A DNA stretch of 64,000 bases from Octopus sinensis (Eukaryota), in assembly GCF_006345805.1 (NCBI RefSeq), contig NC_043004.1, positions 54,622,001 through 54,686,000 of the forward strand, given 5' to 3'. Position numbers and translations under genes: made by a program. Positions 25,852 through 39,080 of this stretch are shown piece by piece. The first letter of the stretch is position 1; each line of letters begins with the position of its first letter. Under the pieces are notes generated by a model that saw only the letters and a program-made list of their open reading frames with translations, ran no database searches and had not been told where the DNA came from.

Positions 25852-28800
25852 TGTTTATTTATTAGCCACACAGGGCTGCACACAGATAGAACAAATTACA
25901 AGGTAGAGCTTTTCTTTTGAAAGTTAAAAAAAAAAGGAGGGGGAGAAAGAGGACAAAAAAGGGGGGGTTAAAAAAAAGGGGGAGAGGAAAAAAATTGATC
26001 AATAGGGATCGTTATCACAGAAATGCCAATAGGAAGTGTAAAGGGGAGGACAGGTGAGGTTTACCCGTGGAAAGAAAAGCCTACGGAAAAGACCACGGTA
26101 ACCTCGGTCAATGAAGTCACATGTTAGATTTCGTCGCTCTGCCCGCATCTCGGGCAGGTCGGGCCCGTGTTTCTCGAGCCATGCCTATAGAGCTTATCCC
26201 GAACGGGTAGCGCTTCTCGGTAGCACCGCCAGGCCAGGGATCTCTGGAAGTTGTCCATAGGTCCCGGGCCGAAAGCCGTTTGAAACAGGCGGGTCAGGTA
26301 TTCCTCGTCGACGCCCAGGTTTGCCCCGAGATCGTCGTCGTACCTCACCTCCACTAATCCCCTATAGAATGCTTTGGTTGTGTTGAAGTCACTCAAGGTC
26401 GACCCGGGACGGCAGAGTTGCTTGAGAGCAACGCGACACTCGCGGTGCCATTCGCCCTTCCTCGGCCTCTTTTTGATCCACGACTGCAGTTCGGTCATGG
26501 AGACAAGTTGCGGGAACGCGTGCCTCACAAACGGCGACCACACCTGTTCACCGTCGTCTACATAGAGCCGGTCGCAGTCTCAGCGCGTGTCTGCGCATCA
26601 TCAACCACGGCATGCCCAGCCCCCTTTTAACGGGTGTTGACAGCAAATGGATCGCCTGACCATCGGGACGCATCCTTTCCACAAGAAGCGGAAGAGAATG
26701 CGTTCTAGTTTGGTGATGGTAGGGTCAGGACAAGGTACGACGGTCAGGCGGTAGTAGATGATGGACGCGATGTACGCGTTCGCCACCTTCGCCCGACCTT
26801 TTAGGGACAGTTTCCTCTCGGCCCATTGCTGGGCGAGAGTGACCACCCTACTCGTTATCTCGTTCCAGTTCTTCTCCATTTGGAGGTCCGGACCGAACCA
26901 GACCCCGAGCAACTCAACCGGGCCGTCTGTCCAGCGTCCCACGTCGGAGGTACTGGTGGACGGCATGGGCTTGCTTCTCCAGGTGCCGAGCCGCAAGCCC
27001 ACTGACTTTTCCCGGTTGATTTTTGCTCCTGTCACCGCTTCGTAGTCTTTCAGTGTCTCGCCGACCCGCTCGATGTGCTATGACGGTGACGTCGTTCGCG
27101 TATGCAGACACGCTCGTCCCGCATCCCAATTCTCGCGGGATGCCCCTCAGAGTCGCCAGCTTCCGCAGTAGTGGCTCAAGAGTCAATACGTATAGAAGCG
27201 CCTAGAAGGGGCATCCCTGACGGACCGAACGTGCAATGTCGAAAGGTCTCGATAGATGTCCATTCACGCGAATTACCGAACGGATGCCTCTGTACAAGGC
27301 AGCTATCCAGCCGCGGAAGACGGGACCGAAACCAGCCGCTCTCAGGACTGCCTCCAAGTATCGATGGTCTACCCTATCGAAAGCTTTCGATTGATCCAAG
27401 TTGATCAGCGCCCCACCCATGCCAGGTTCGTTAACTACCCTGTCTATGATGTAGCGCATCAGATGGAGGTTGTCATGGATGCTCCGGCCCGGCACGGCGC
27501 ACGCTTGTGCGTTGTCGACCAGTTTCTCGATGACAAGCGCCAACCTCTTGGCTAACACCTTTGTCAAAATTTTCAGGTCTGCATTGAGCAGAGTGATTGG
27601 TCTAAAGTTATCTATAATGTTCGCCTTGTTTGGATCTTTCTTCAGCAGTGTTACAGCTCCTCGACTCACAAAACCGGGTATGCTCCCGTTTTGCTGCCAG
27701 TTGCAGTATACCGCTGCCAAGACGTCTCCAAACAAGTCTGGCATACAATTGTAAAACTCGTAGGGCAGACCATCCAAACCCGGCGATTTGTCTCTCGAGC
27801 ATTCTGCCATCGCGTCCTGCACATCCGCCGCCGTGATGGCACCTTCGCAGCACTCTGCCTCTCTTGCCGAGAGTCGTGGTAGGCTGTGCAGGTAGGCACT
27901 GAAATCCACCCTGCGTTCACGCTCATCACTCGTCCCGTACAGTCGGGCAAAGTGCCGCTGAAATGTCTCGCACATTTTGCTGGGCTCGAGCAATTCGCGC
28001 ACTTGTTCATCTACCAGAGACCGAATGGTGGCTTTGTTGCCCTGCTGCGCCTCCGCCACCCGGGCCTCTCTCGCGGCTCCAACACCTTCGTTCCTTAGAG
28101 CACGCAACCTAGCTCTGACAGCACATCCTTCGTGTTTGGCGTTGAAGTGTTGGTCGAGGGCCAACCTCGCCGCCAAAACGTCGGATGCGATGCCGCTTCT
28201 AATTGCCTCTTCTAGCTTCTTAACTAGCTCACCCTCTACTCTATTTCTATCTATGGCTAGTGCTTTGCTGTACCTAATCGCTTCCGCTTTTACTGCTCTC
28301 TTGAGGGCGAACCACCATTTGTTGTTGACAATGGCTCCCGTTAAAGCCCTTTTTACTAACGTGTTGATTTTGTCTCTGAAAACTTGTCTGTACGGGAATG
28401 ATGCATTCAGTTTCCAGTAACCAGGACCCTGTCTATGTGCCTTATCTAAGTCTAGCGTACACGTCACCAATTTGTGATCCGTGTAGCTGACTGTATGGAA
28501 TTGTGGACATCCTAAGTTATCCTTGTCTACTGTCCTACACATTATCCTATCTAGATACGATCTCGACGACCCACTGCGGTTGCTCCATGTCCACGTTGGT
28601 GCATTTGGGTGTCAGACAGTTGAATCGTCTGAGCAGATCTCTGAGGCATTTGCATCCCCTTCTGTTTTTGTCTCTCCCCACATAGTCTAGATGCGTGTCC
28701 AAGGTAGCATTCCAATCCCCCACTAAAAGTAAAGGACGAGACGTTCCCAGGAATACTTCTAGACGTCGAAAGAAATCCGGCCGACCTGTTAAAGGCGGTG

Positions 28801-31493
28801 CGTAGACTGATACGAGTCGTAAAGCGCACCCATTGCTGCCGTCGACATCCAGAACGACCAGTCTACCCTCCGGGTCTACGAATATCGTCTTGACTTCGAG
28901 ATCCAGGCTCTTGTGAAAAAGTACCGCGGTGCCACTACCGCCCATCCTCGGCAGACAGGGAGCAAAATAAATGTTGAACTGTCCGCCAAACATGGACTTT
29001 AGGGCCCGTGGCTCGTGGAGTCTGGTCTCACTTATGGCTATGATTCCCAAATCGTGTGATTTGATGTCATTTAGGAGGTATCCTTGTTTCCAAGGAGACC
29101 CCAAGCCACGCGCATTCACACAACCAATCTTGACCATGATTCTATTGGGGTGTGTGCTTTAAAACACAAAAAGGAAAGTACAGAGAGTTACTTACTTGTG
29201 TTGAAAGCTTTTGCTTCCTCGTTCTTTGATGTGTCTTGGAGGAGGTTTTTATAAAGTTTTTGGGGCAGATATTTTTGGAAACCCCCTACAGCATTTCGGA
29301 AGAGGGCTTTGAGTTTGTGGTGTTGTGTTTGTGTGATGTGTAGTATTTGGATGTGTTTGGGTGGTGTAGTGCGTGGATGATTGTTAGTTTTGAAGTCATC
29401 TTCACAGATGTTTGTGTGGCCTGTGATGTACTCCATTAGTTTGGAGTCTTTGGTGTCTATCGCTGATAGCATTGTGTGTGTTTTTGTGGTGTTGGTGCTT
29501 GTTTGGTTGTGTATGGGTTTTCATGGTTCAGGTATCTCCCTGCTTTGGTTGCGATTTCTTGTTTGGTTTTTCTCGATCTTTTTCTTTTATCCCCTGTGGC
29601 TATTGCCATTCTGTCGAACTTTCATCGTTAGATGAAAAGTCTGACGAATCAGCAGGGGGTAAGGGTAAAGCGTCTGGGTCTGTTTGTGCGGTTGTAGATA
29701 TTGTTGTGGTGCGCGGGGAGGGTGTTGCTGGGGGGTTTGTTGTGGTTATTGTCTCTCCTACATCCTTGGTGCTTGTCTTCTTCGTTGTTATTCTTGGTGT
29801 TGGAATTGGTTTATTTGTTGTTGGTGGTGATGATTCTGTTCTTGGCGCTGGTGTTGGTGTTGTTTGGTTGGGTTGGCTTGTTCTTTGTTGTTTTTCATGC
29901 ATTTCTGCATACAGCTTCTTGACTAGCTGTCCATATTGTGGTGTGGGCAATAATGCTGGCTTTTGTGATTTTTCCTGTAGCTGTTGTTGTTGTTGTAATT
30001 TAGCGGCAGATTTGCACTCCTTTTTGAGGTGTGCCTCACTCCCACATGTATAGCATCGTGGCCTTCTGCCCTCGACTACTACGTATATCTTGCGGCCATC
30101 CTCAAGATGTACGTGGGTGGGAATTTTATTGATGTCCTCTTGACTTATGTGGAAGAGGAACTCCATTCTCTTTCCCAGCCAGTCCTTGTTTTTCGAAACA
30201 CCGATATCTAGGATGTTTAAGTCCTCCATTTCGGATGTTAAGGCGGATGTTATCCACAGTGTTGTAGTTACTTGGGGGACACCACTGATAATGACCTTCG
30301 TCACCTTCTGCCCAAGGTAACTCGGTGTCATCGTTAGTTCATCAGAATGAAGGGTTATCGTTGAGAATTTCTTCGCCAACTCTTCATTCTGAAAAACCAC
30401 CTGTACGTGGGCGAACTTGTTCGCCCAAGTCACATAATCCTTGTATCCCCAGATATTTTGTCTGTGCCTGCCTTTTCTGGACTTTTAGTTTTTTTATTTG
30501 TTATTTTATATACAATTGTCTTCTTTTTTTCCTCATTCAGTATGTGTTGAGGTATGTGTAAGAGTATTTTGCCGTTTTCGTTTGTAATAAGGTTTCTGCA
30601 ATCTTTAATTTGTTGTGTAGTAAACGAAACTCTAGTTACTTTTTCTTTTATCGCCTCGGCGAAGTTTGTTGTTGTTTTGTTATTGTTGTTACTGCCGGTG
30701 GTGTTGGTGTTGATGGCACGGGTGTGGGTTGTAGGTTTGTGGTTGCTGATTATGCAACTAGCAAGGGGTGGAAAATTGTCTGCGTAATTTAGTCCTGCAT
30801 TAGCGCAAATTTCGGCATTTCGATTGCTTGTCGTTATTATTTTTTCACTTGTTGGTGATGGAGTGAGTAGTGGTTGAAGGGAATTGTTGTTGTCGTTGTT
30901 GTTGTTATTGTCGTTCTTGGTGACGGCGGTGGTGTTAGTGGTATTAGTAGCATTGACGGCACGGTCTTTGGTGGCGGTGATGGTGATGTTGGTATTGTTA
31001 TTGGTGGCGATGTCTTTAGCAGGGATAGCAGTTTTAGTAGCAGATGCTGCCATGGTGTTGTTGTCGGTGTTGGTGGTGGACTCACTGATGGTGTTGACGG
31101 TGCTTGGCCTTGCGACCTTTGTTTTGTATTTGTTGCTGTTGTCGATGTTGATGGTGGTGGTGGTGGTGGTGGTGTTGTTGTAGGTTCAGCTTATGCTAAC
31201 AGAGCATCCTGTTTTTTGTCTCTGCGTCACGCTTGACTTGCACCTCAGCCTCGTGGTGACCAGTGGCCATTTTTGGAAATAAAATGGCTAAATGAAACCA
31301 CGAAGGCTATGAGAATTTTTTCTTTTTTAATTTTGCCCGCAAGGGGCAAAATTTTGTGTAGATATTTATCAAAGGTTTGCAGTGGATGTTGTTGCACAAC
31401 TTTTAAACACAAAATATTTGTCAATATACACTTTTGAACGTACGAAAATACCAACTTACGTGGAGCCCATTTGACTTGCGTCTGTCTGTCCAG
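25851..31493 (-). mobile_element. Tx1/L1-clade LINE copy 2, apparently full length (5' UTR, ORF1, ORF2), decayed
   Basis: ORF1 pieces 31270-29188 (knuckle RPRCYTCGSEAHLKKEC), ORF2 from 29137 with frameshifts, and an internal deletion at ~26124 removing the ORF2 end; AGAT at both ends. Confidence 0.92.
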
Positions 31494-31602
<109 letters not shown>

Positions 31603-31609
31603 GATAGAT

Positions 31610-33362
31610 ATGTTTCTTTATTAGCCACACAGGGCTGCACACAGATAGAACAAATTACAAGGTAGAGCTTTTCTTTTGAAGGTTTAAAAAAAAAATTTTA
31701 AAAAGAGGGAAGGGGGAGTTCCGATCAAAATGGATCGCAAAAGGAGAGAAAGGGGACAAAAAAAGGGGGGGTTAAAAAAAAGGGGGAGAGGGAAAAAAAA
31801 TTGATCAATAGGGATTGTTATCACAGAAATGTCAATACGAAGTGTAAAGGGGAGGACAGGTGAGGTTTACCCGTGGAAGGAAAAGCCTACGGAAAAGACC
31901 ACGGTAACCTCGGTCAATGGAGTCACATGTTATATTTCTTTTTTTTTTTTTTTTGCGAATAAGCAACTCTCTGTTTTCAATTTCTGGGTTCATAGGATCA
32001 TGTTCAAGGTGGCTTCGTCATTCATACGTGCCATTCTTGCTACATTCACCCATCTTTTTTTAAAACATTCGCTAGACAAAACTTGCCTCTCTACTCTCAC
32101 TTTCCTCTTCAAGTGATACTTGAAGAAGTTGATGAGAGATTGACCAGAGAGGAAAGTGTTTGTCTCCAATCCTTTCAGACGCGTCCACCAGATACATTCT
32201 TTCGCCATAGCCACAAGGATGATGAAAATAGCTCTTCCTTCCCGTTTGAAGGAAGGAGGCGTGACAATATTGACGATAGACTCAGCTGATAAACCGACTC
32301 GTCCCACACGTGACAGCAGTTGTTCGACATAAGCCCACAGGTCGGAAATTGTTGGACACTGCACGAGTGCGTGCAGAACGGTTTCGTCGCTCTGACCGCA
32401 TCTCGGGCAGGTCGGCCCCGTGTTTCTCGAGCCGTATCTGTAGAGCTTATCCCGAACGGGTAGCGCTTCTCGGTAGCGCTGCCAGGCCAGGGATCTCTGG
32501 AAGTTGTCCATGGGCCCTGGCCCGAAAGTCGTCCTAAACAGGCGGGTCAGGTACTCCTCGTCGACGTCCAGGTTCGCCCCGAGCTCGTCGTCGTACCTCC
32601 CCTCCACTAAACCCCTATAGAATGCTTTGGTTGTGTTGAAGTCACTCAAGGTCGACCCAGGACGGCAGAGTTGCTTGAGAGCAACGCGACACTCGCGATG
32701 CCATTCGCCCTTCCTCGGCCTCTTTTTGATCCACGACTGCAGTTCGGTCATGGAGACGAGCTGCGGGAAAGCGTGCCTCACAAACGGCGACCACACCTGT
32801 TCACCGTCGTCTACATAGAGCCAGAGATGTTGCAGTCTCAGCGCGAGTCTGCGCATCATCAACCACGGCATGCCCAGCCCTCGTTTTAACGGGTGTTGAC
32901 AGCAAATGGATCGCCTGACCATCGGGACGCATCCTTTCCACAAGAAGCGAAAGAGAATGCGTTCTAGTTTGGTGATGGTAGGGTCGGGACAAGGTACGAC
33001 GGTCAGGCGGTAGTAGATGACGGACGCGAAGTACGTGTTCGCCACCCCCCGCCCGACCTTTTAGGGACAGTTTCCTCTCGGCCCATTGCCGGGCGAGAGT
33101 GACCACCCTACTCGTTATCTCGTTCCAGTTCTTCTCTCCACTTGGAGGTCCGGACCAAACCAGACCCCGAGCAACTCAACCGGGCCGTCGGTCCAGCGTC
33201 CCACGACGGAGGCGCTGGTGGACGGCATGGGCTTGCTTCTCCAGGTGCCTAGTCGCAAGCCCACTAACTTTTCCCGGTTGATTTTCGCTCCTGTCACCGC
33301 TTCGTTGTTTTTCAGTGTCTCGCCGACCTGCTCGATGTGCTCGTGGCTAGACACTATGACGG
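31610..33362 (-). mobile_element. Tx1-like LINE copy 3, 5'-truncated just after the RT YADD motif
   Basis: Nearly identical to 1267-3002; ORF 31990-33045 is the ORF2 C-terminus; 3' end on AGAT. Confidence 0.92.
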
Positions 33363-33544
33363 AGGTAGAGCTTTTCTTTTGGGGGATGAAAAAAACAAAA
33401 AACAAAAGAAACAAAAAAAAGTGGCGTAGGTTTTCGATCAAAAGGGATCGTAAAAGGGAAAAAAGAAAAAAAAGAAAAGAAAAAAGAAAAAAAGGAAAAA
33501 AAGGAAAAAGAACAAAAGAAAAGAAAAATGAAAAAAGAAGGAAA
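33363..33544 (-). mobile_element. Variant 3' stub (as 949-1140) missing its last ~50 bp
   Basis: AGGTAGAGCTTTTCTTTTGGGGGATGAAAAAAACAAA...GTGGCGTAGGTTTTCGATCA matches 999-1090. Confidence 0.8.
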
Positions 33545-33624
<80 letters not shown>

Positions 33625-35217
33625 GTAGTGGGGAAGTGTGAAGTGTGAGTAAGGAGTTAACGAAAGATGCATGCATAAATATATACATATATCCGAGTTG
33701 GTGCTGAAAAGTTCCTTGCATTGGTTGAAAGAAAATAGAGATGGATCACTTAATTATGATTTTATTCAACATATTCCCCTCTCAGATGTACACACTTATT
33801 GCAGCGGTCCTGCTTTTTTAAGCCAGACCTTTCGCGACACCTTTAAAACCAGGAAATTTACAGAACCCCTTCGCACAGACATATATATATATATATGATT
33901 TATATATATATATATATATGATTTATTTATATATATAATATATATATATTATATATATATATGATTTATATATATATATATATATATATATATGATTTAT
34001 ATATATTTATTTATATATATATATATATGATATATATTATATATATATATATATTATTGTGTCCGAGGAAAACAATTCTGTGTTAATACCTTATTAACAC
34101 ACTCACTGGTTCGATTTCCACTCATTTACTTATATATATTGTCTAAAATTTTCCTTGCTTCTTGCAACATCTTCGATAGTGCGTGTGTGGGTAAGTATAG
34201 GTGCATCCATGCACACAGCTACATACATAATACTGATTTCAAATTTTGGCACAAGGCCAGCAGTTTCGGGAAAGGTGATATATCGATTAGGTCGCCCCCA
34301 GTGTTCAACTGGTACATTTTTTATCGACTCCGAAATGTTTAATGCAAAGTGTACCTCGCTGGCATTTAAGCCCAGAACATAAAGACAGAAGAAATGCCTT
34401 TAAGCATTTTGCTTAAGGATTCTGCCAGCTCTCCGCCTTGGAATACATACATAATACTAAATAGCTTTCCGTCGGTTTCGACTGTTCCATTTTTTTCTAT
34501 GAACTGAACTCCCTCTACATTGAATCATAGAGTAACAAACTGTATATTCCGCAAGCACTGGTTCCGCTAACGCAATCGTCGTGCACGATGATAGTGACAC
34601 AAACACACACAGACATACACTGATATTCGAACAAGTCCAGGTCCACTTTGCCTTTCATCCTTTCGGGGTCGATAAATTAAGTACCAGTTACGCACTGGGG
34701 TCGATGTAATCGACTTAATCCCTTTGTCTGTCCTTGTTTGTCTCCTCTATGTTTAGCCCCTTGTGGGTAATAAAGAAACGGATATTCGAACATGTACGAG
34801 GTGAGGTAGAAAGTAATTCAATATTTATTAAAATTAACCTTTATATATAGGAAAACATATGCACTAACATAAACATATTTATATATGTGTGTGTGTGTGT
34901 TTGAGTTTTCTTGTATATGTGTATATTTACATTAAATAAACAGAAAATCTGTTGTATTTTATGCAGATATTAATACTTTCCATCAGGTATGTATATAAAT
35001 ATAGTTGGAGGATTATAATGTTTAAAATGATAAAATATTTAATAAGTATTTATTGAATAGGTTAATGCAGTTATAGGTATGTAGACATTCACCCCAACTG
35101 ATATATATGCTTATACCATCTTGAAAATAATAAGCATAACCGCATGACCCCCCCCCCACACACACACACGCACACACAGACACACACACACACACACTCA
35201 CACACACACACACCACA

Positions 35218-35261
<44 letters not shown>

Positions 35262-35323
35262 ACATATATATATATATATATATATTATACGAGCGAGAAA
35301 GAAGCAACAAGAATGGATAGGTT

Positions 35324-35414
35324 TTTTAGTACAATCGTTTCATACAAGGACAGGCTTTATTAAAAGTTGCAAAAATTACAGCATATAAACGTGTCCCGTA
35401 CTCATCAGCTAAAA
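35324..35414 (-). ncRNA. Type I hammerhead ribozyme (canonical core, long stem II)
   Basis: Reverse complement of the 37741-37831 fold. Confidence 0.7.
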
Positions 35415-36879
35415 TACATGTGAGTTCTCTAGACATCCTAGTGGTTGAGGCTACTCATGAAGTAATGTAGATAATTAAGTAACATAAACAGATTTCCAAA
35501 GTTCATTAAAGTTCTTTAAAGATGATGTACAGTCTTATCACAGAATTTTAAAAAAGTTTTAATAGCATCACAGAGAAGGTGACCTAATCCATAGTGCACA
35601 TATGAATTTCCAGAGATATGAGGAGGGATTACATACTCACAGACGACAAATTTATCCATTGTTAATCACAACGAGGTGGGTCTCAATTCCTGCTTATTAG
35701 CATTACAGAGAGGGTGAATTAATCCTTTGTATAGATGCACAATTTCCAATGGTGTAGATGTAAATTTCCAGAGAAATGAAGAGAAATTTCATATTCACAG
35801 GCGATAAATTTATCAATGGTTGAACACAATGAGGTAGGTATCAATTCTTGTTATATGATTAGGTATTTGCCACATTAATCACATTACTGCTATTTACAAG
35901 AGGCTGTAGCTATTTAACTTTTAAAGGCTGAAGGGCTTTCTAGAGATGCAAAGAACAGAAAAGGGAAGGGAAGAGAAGAAAAGAGAGAAAATAAAGGAGG
36001 AGGGAGCAAAAAGGGGGGAGGGGGACTAAAAGAGAAGAGAAAAGGAAAAAGAGAATAAGAAGAAGAAAAAGAAAAAAGAGAAAAGAGAAAGAAATAGGGA
36101 AAGAAGGAAAAAAAAAAAAAAGAAAAAAAGAGGGCTCTAGTTATACAGAAGAATTAGTAGACGGCAAGTCTGGTTTTAATTTACAGGCATCTAGGAACTA
36201 GAGGAGAATATTATTCTTTGACCAGTAAAACAGCTAATTTATTGCTGTTGAAATCAGCTATGAATTTAAAGAGAATCTAAAGAGATAACACGGTCAGGGG
36301 TTTAGGGGTCAGAGGCTAAAATCAAAAGAAAATACATTAGGAAAATCTAAGTATAATCTTATCAAAAGTCATTAAAATTTATTTATTTAATTTATTCATT
36401 TATTGTCTTAAGGAGTTGCCGTTATTATTCATACATTGACGGACTACAGGTCAAATCTTAGAAGATCATTTACAAGGTGTTAGGGAATTGTCTATCATAA
36501 TGAAGATAATCATATTATCACCGAGGGAGTAGCCTTATTTTATTTAATTTTGAATAGAATTATGGGGCTTTAGTAACTCATTTTATTTTATTAAAGTTAT
36601 GCTACTTAATTAGATTAAGTTAAGAATTAAAATTAAAAATTACAATTAAGATTTAAAATTAAGATTTAAAATTATGAGTTTGAAATTAAATAAAGCTCAA
36701 TTTAAGCAGCGTATAAGTACTATTCATTTCCCTGTTCTCAAAAAACTGATGCAGATATAGGAAAAAGATAACTGTAGTGTGAGAACTCTTAGTTATCTAC
36801 TTAAAGCAGTGCTATACTAGTAAAAATCAAGTTATATCTATCTATCTATCTAGTTACGAATATTCTAATCATTTAAAAT

Positions 36880-37330
36880 ATTTTAAAGTCTTCAATTTAG
36901 CGTGGACACAAACTTGACCTAGTTCGATATGGTTTTATTCAATAAGTTTCTATGTTTTCTATGCTTTAGAATTTCATACGTCTCCATGGAGCATAGTTGG
37001 CAACCACCCTACTATTTTTATACGGAATGCTCTCCTAACTATTTCCCAATTAAGGTTATAATTATTATTATTATTTTTGAGTTCCCAGATTTTGTTTGAA
37101 AGTGTGGTGGTACCAGCTTTATGACGTAATTAAAAGACGAGATGTGATTTCTAACTCTGGCTAGAAAATTAATTGTACATCCAATGTAAAAATATTGTTA
37201 TTCTCCGTGCATATGGTACATTTATAGATTACATTATTTTCCCCGCATAGACCAGGTGCCGGGCATTTTGATTTTATTCTACACTTACACACAGGAGGAA
37301 CAACTTCAGGTTTTGGATTATTCTTGGGTA
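36880..37330 (-). pseudogene. PLE GIY-YIG endonuclease, frameshifted
   Basis: CKCRIKSKCPAPGLCGENNVIYKC...IGCT...RVRNHISSF...TTLSNKIWELK...WEIV...CQLCSMETYEI...LLNKT. Confidence 0.8.
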
Positions 37331-37740
37331 GATGTCTTAGGTTCCTATTATTGATTATCATGAGTATAATTGTCCTTATGTTATTAATATTTCTATAGTT
37401 GGTGCTGATATCTAAAGTATTGCTATTATTTATTGATCCTTCTGTTCAATCATTTAGGTCTAAAGTCCTACCATGATTTCTTATATTATTGGTAATGTTA
37501 CTATTATTGTTAGTCTTTTTATCCGACTGCATATTGTTGTTATAGATATCACTGATATTTTCATTCTCCTTATTTTCTCCATTAGCCTTATTTTTATTAT
37601 TTCTATTATTAACATTATTACTTCTATTAATATCGGCATTGTTATTATTACTATTAATGTTAATGTTATTAGTCATTCTGTGGTTACTAATTTCACCTAT
37701 GCTTTGATGTCCACTAGGATGTCTAGAGAACTCACATGTA

Positions 37741-37831
37741 TTTTAGCTGATGAGTACGGGACACGTTTATATGCTGTAATTTTTGCAACTTTTAATAAAG
37801 CCTGTCCTTGTATGAAACGATTGTACTAAAA
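37741..37831 (+). ncRNA. Type I hammerhead ribozyme (canonical core, long stem II)
   Basis: TTTTAG-CTGATGA-GTACGGGACA...TGTCCTTGTAT-GAAA-C GATT G-TA-CTAAAA; predicted cut after A37825. Confidence 0.7.
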
Positions 37832-37983
37832 ACCTATCCATTCTTGTTGCTTCTTTCTCGCTTATAATCACCCCACATTACTGTATTGTTAAAACAGTAT
37901 AGTTTCTTTTGGTGCATCTAAGTTAGGTACCATATTCAAGTAAATTCATTTAAATTAACTTGAATCTTATTGCTTTTTGTATA

Positions 37984-38021
<38 letters not shown>

Positions 38022-38082
38022 TATTATATATATATATATATATTCTTTTGTTGTCTTATCATTTTTATCGATATATATATAT

Positions 38083-38305
38083 CGAGCTGGCAGAAACATT
38101 AGCACGCCGGGCGAATGCGTAGCCGTATTTCGTCTGCCGTTACGTTCTGAGTTCAAATTCCGCAGAGTTCGACTTTGCCTGTCATCCTTTCGGGGTCGAT
38201 CAATAAAGTACCATTACGCACTGGGATCGATGTAATCGACTTAATCCGTTTGTCTGTCCTTGTTTTTCCCCTCTGTGTTTAGCCTCTTGTGGTAGTAAAG
38301 AAATA
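38083..38305 (+). mobile_element. tRNA-derived SINE (GAGTTCAAAT family)
   Basis: GAGCTGGCAGAAACATTAGC...GTTCTGAGTTCAAATTC...GGGGTCGAT core. Confidence 0.75.
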
Positions 38306-38323
38306 TTATATATATATATATTT

Positions 38324-38390
38324 CTTCGTGATGTCGTGTAGCTACTTCGTGATGTCGTGTAGCTACTTTTATATACCTCGCTCAGAATTT

Positions 38391-38434
<44 letters not shown>

Positions 38435-38435
38435 T

Positions 38436-38478
<43 letters not shown>

Positions 38479-38851
38479 ATATAAATCTCTGACCGAGGTA
38501 TAAACAGTAGCTACACGACATCACGAAGTATATTTGCCACTTAAATGTGGTTAACCCTTAAGGGTGGATGCTACTGTAGCTTGTAGCCCCAGGAGGACAC
38601 CTCCTCCAGCTGGCTATTGACACACTTTCTGTGCCCTATCAGTATTTGCAAACGGACACCATCTTTCCCATCTTCAACCTGTATGATACACACGGACTCG
38701 AGTTTCTGGATGTCAATAGCCAGCTGGAGGAGGTATCCTCATGGGGCTACAAGCTACAGTAGCATCCACATTTAAGGGTTAGCTACATTTAAGTGGCAAA
38801 TATACTTCACGTTGTCGTGTAGCTACTGTTTATACCTCGCTCAGAGATTTA
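38324..38851. repeat. Foldback element: 141-bp inverted arms, 88-bp spacer, plus a third partial arm
   Basis: 38482-38622 vs 38711-38851 are near-perfect reverse complements; 38324-38392 is another arm end across a (TA)n tract. Confidence 0.85.
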
Positions 38852-39038
38852 ATATATATATATATATATTAATTGTTATCGCCATATTAATATGGCATTC
38901 TTATAGATATAAGAATAATCGCTGACGCTGGTCAGCTCCATGAGGTCACCGCCATCAAGATAGCTATTGATACACGATCTGTATCCATTATAACCTTCGA
39001 ACAAGGGAGGTCAGCCGCTTCACACTGCCAGTCCGACA

Positions 39039-39080
39039 GCTACAGACGCGTTTCGGGGTATTGCCCCTTGTCAATGTAGC
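39039..39080 (-). ncRNA. Type I hammerhead ribozyme, U3-A8 variant
   Basis: Reverse complement identical to 39400-39441. Confidence 0.72.

Larger units (their letters stand above)
35292..37862 (-). mobile_element. PLE derivative, family A: inverted ~152-bp terminal repeats around a decayed GIY-YIG
   Basis: 35292-35444 is the reverse complement of 37711-37862 (one indel seen); internal endonuclease remnant. Confidence 0.85.

Noticed and set aside
31270-31493. HDV-like ribozyme at the LINE 5' end
   Set aside because: I could not build the nested double pseudoknot by eye; an RNArobo/Infernal search would be decisive.
37446-37676. Asn-rich 76-aa ORF
   Set aside because: It is a low-complexity AAT-rich spacer within the PLE derivative.
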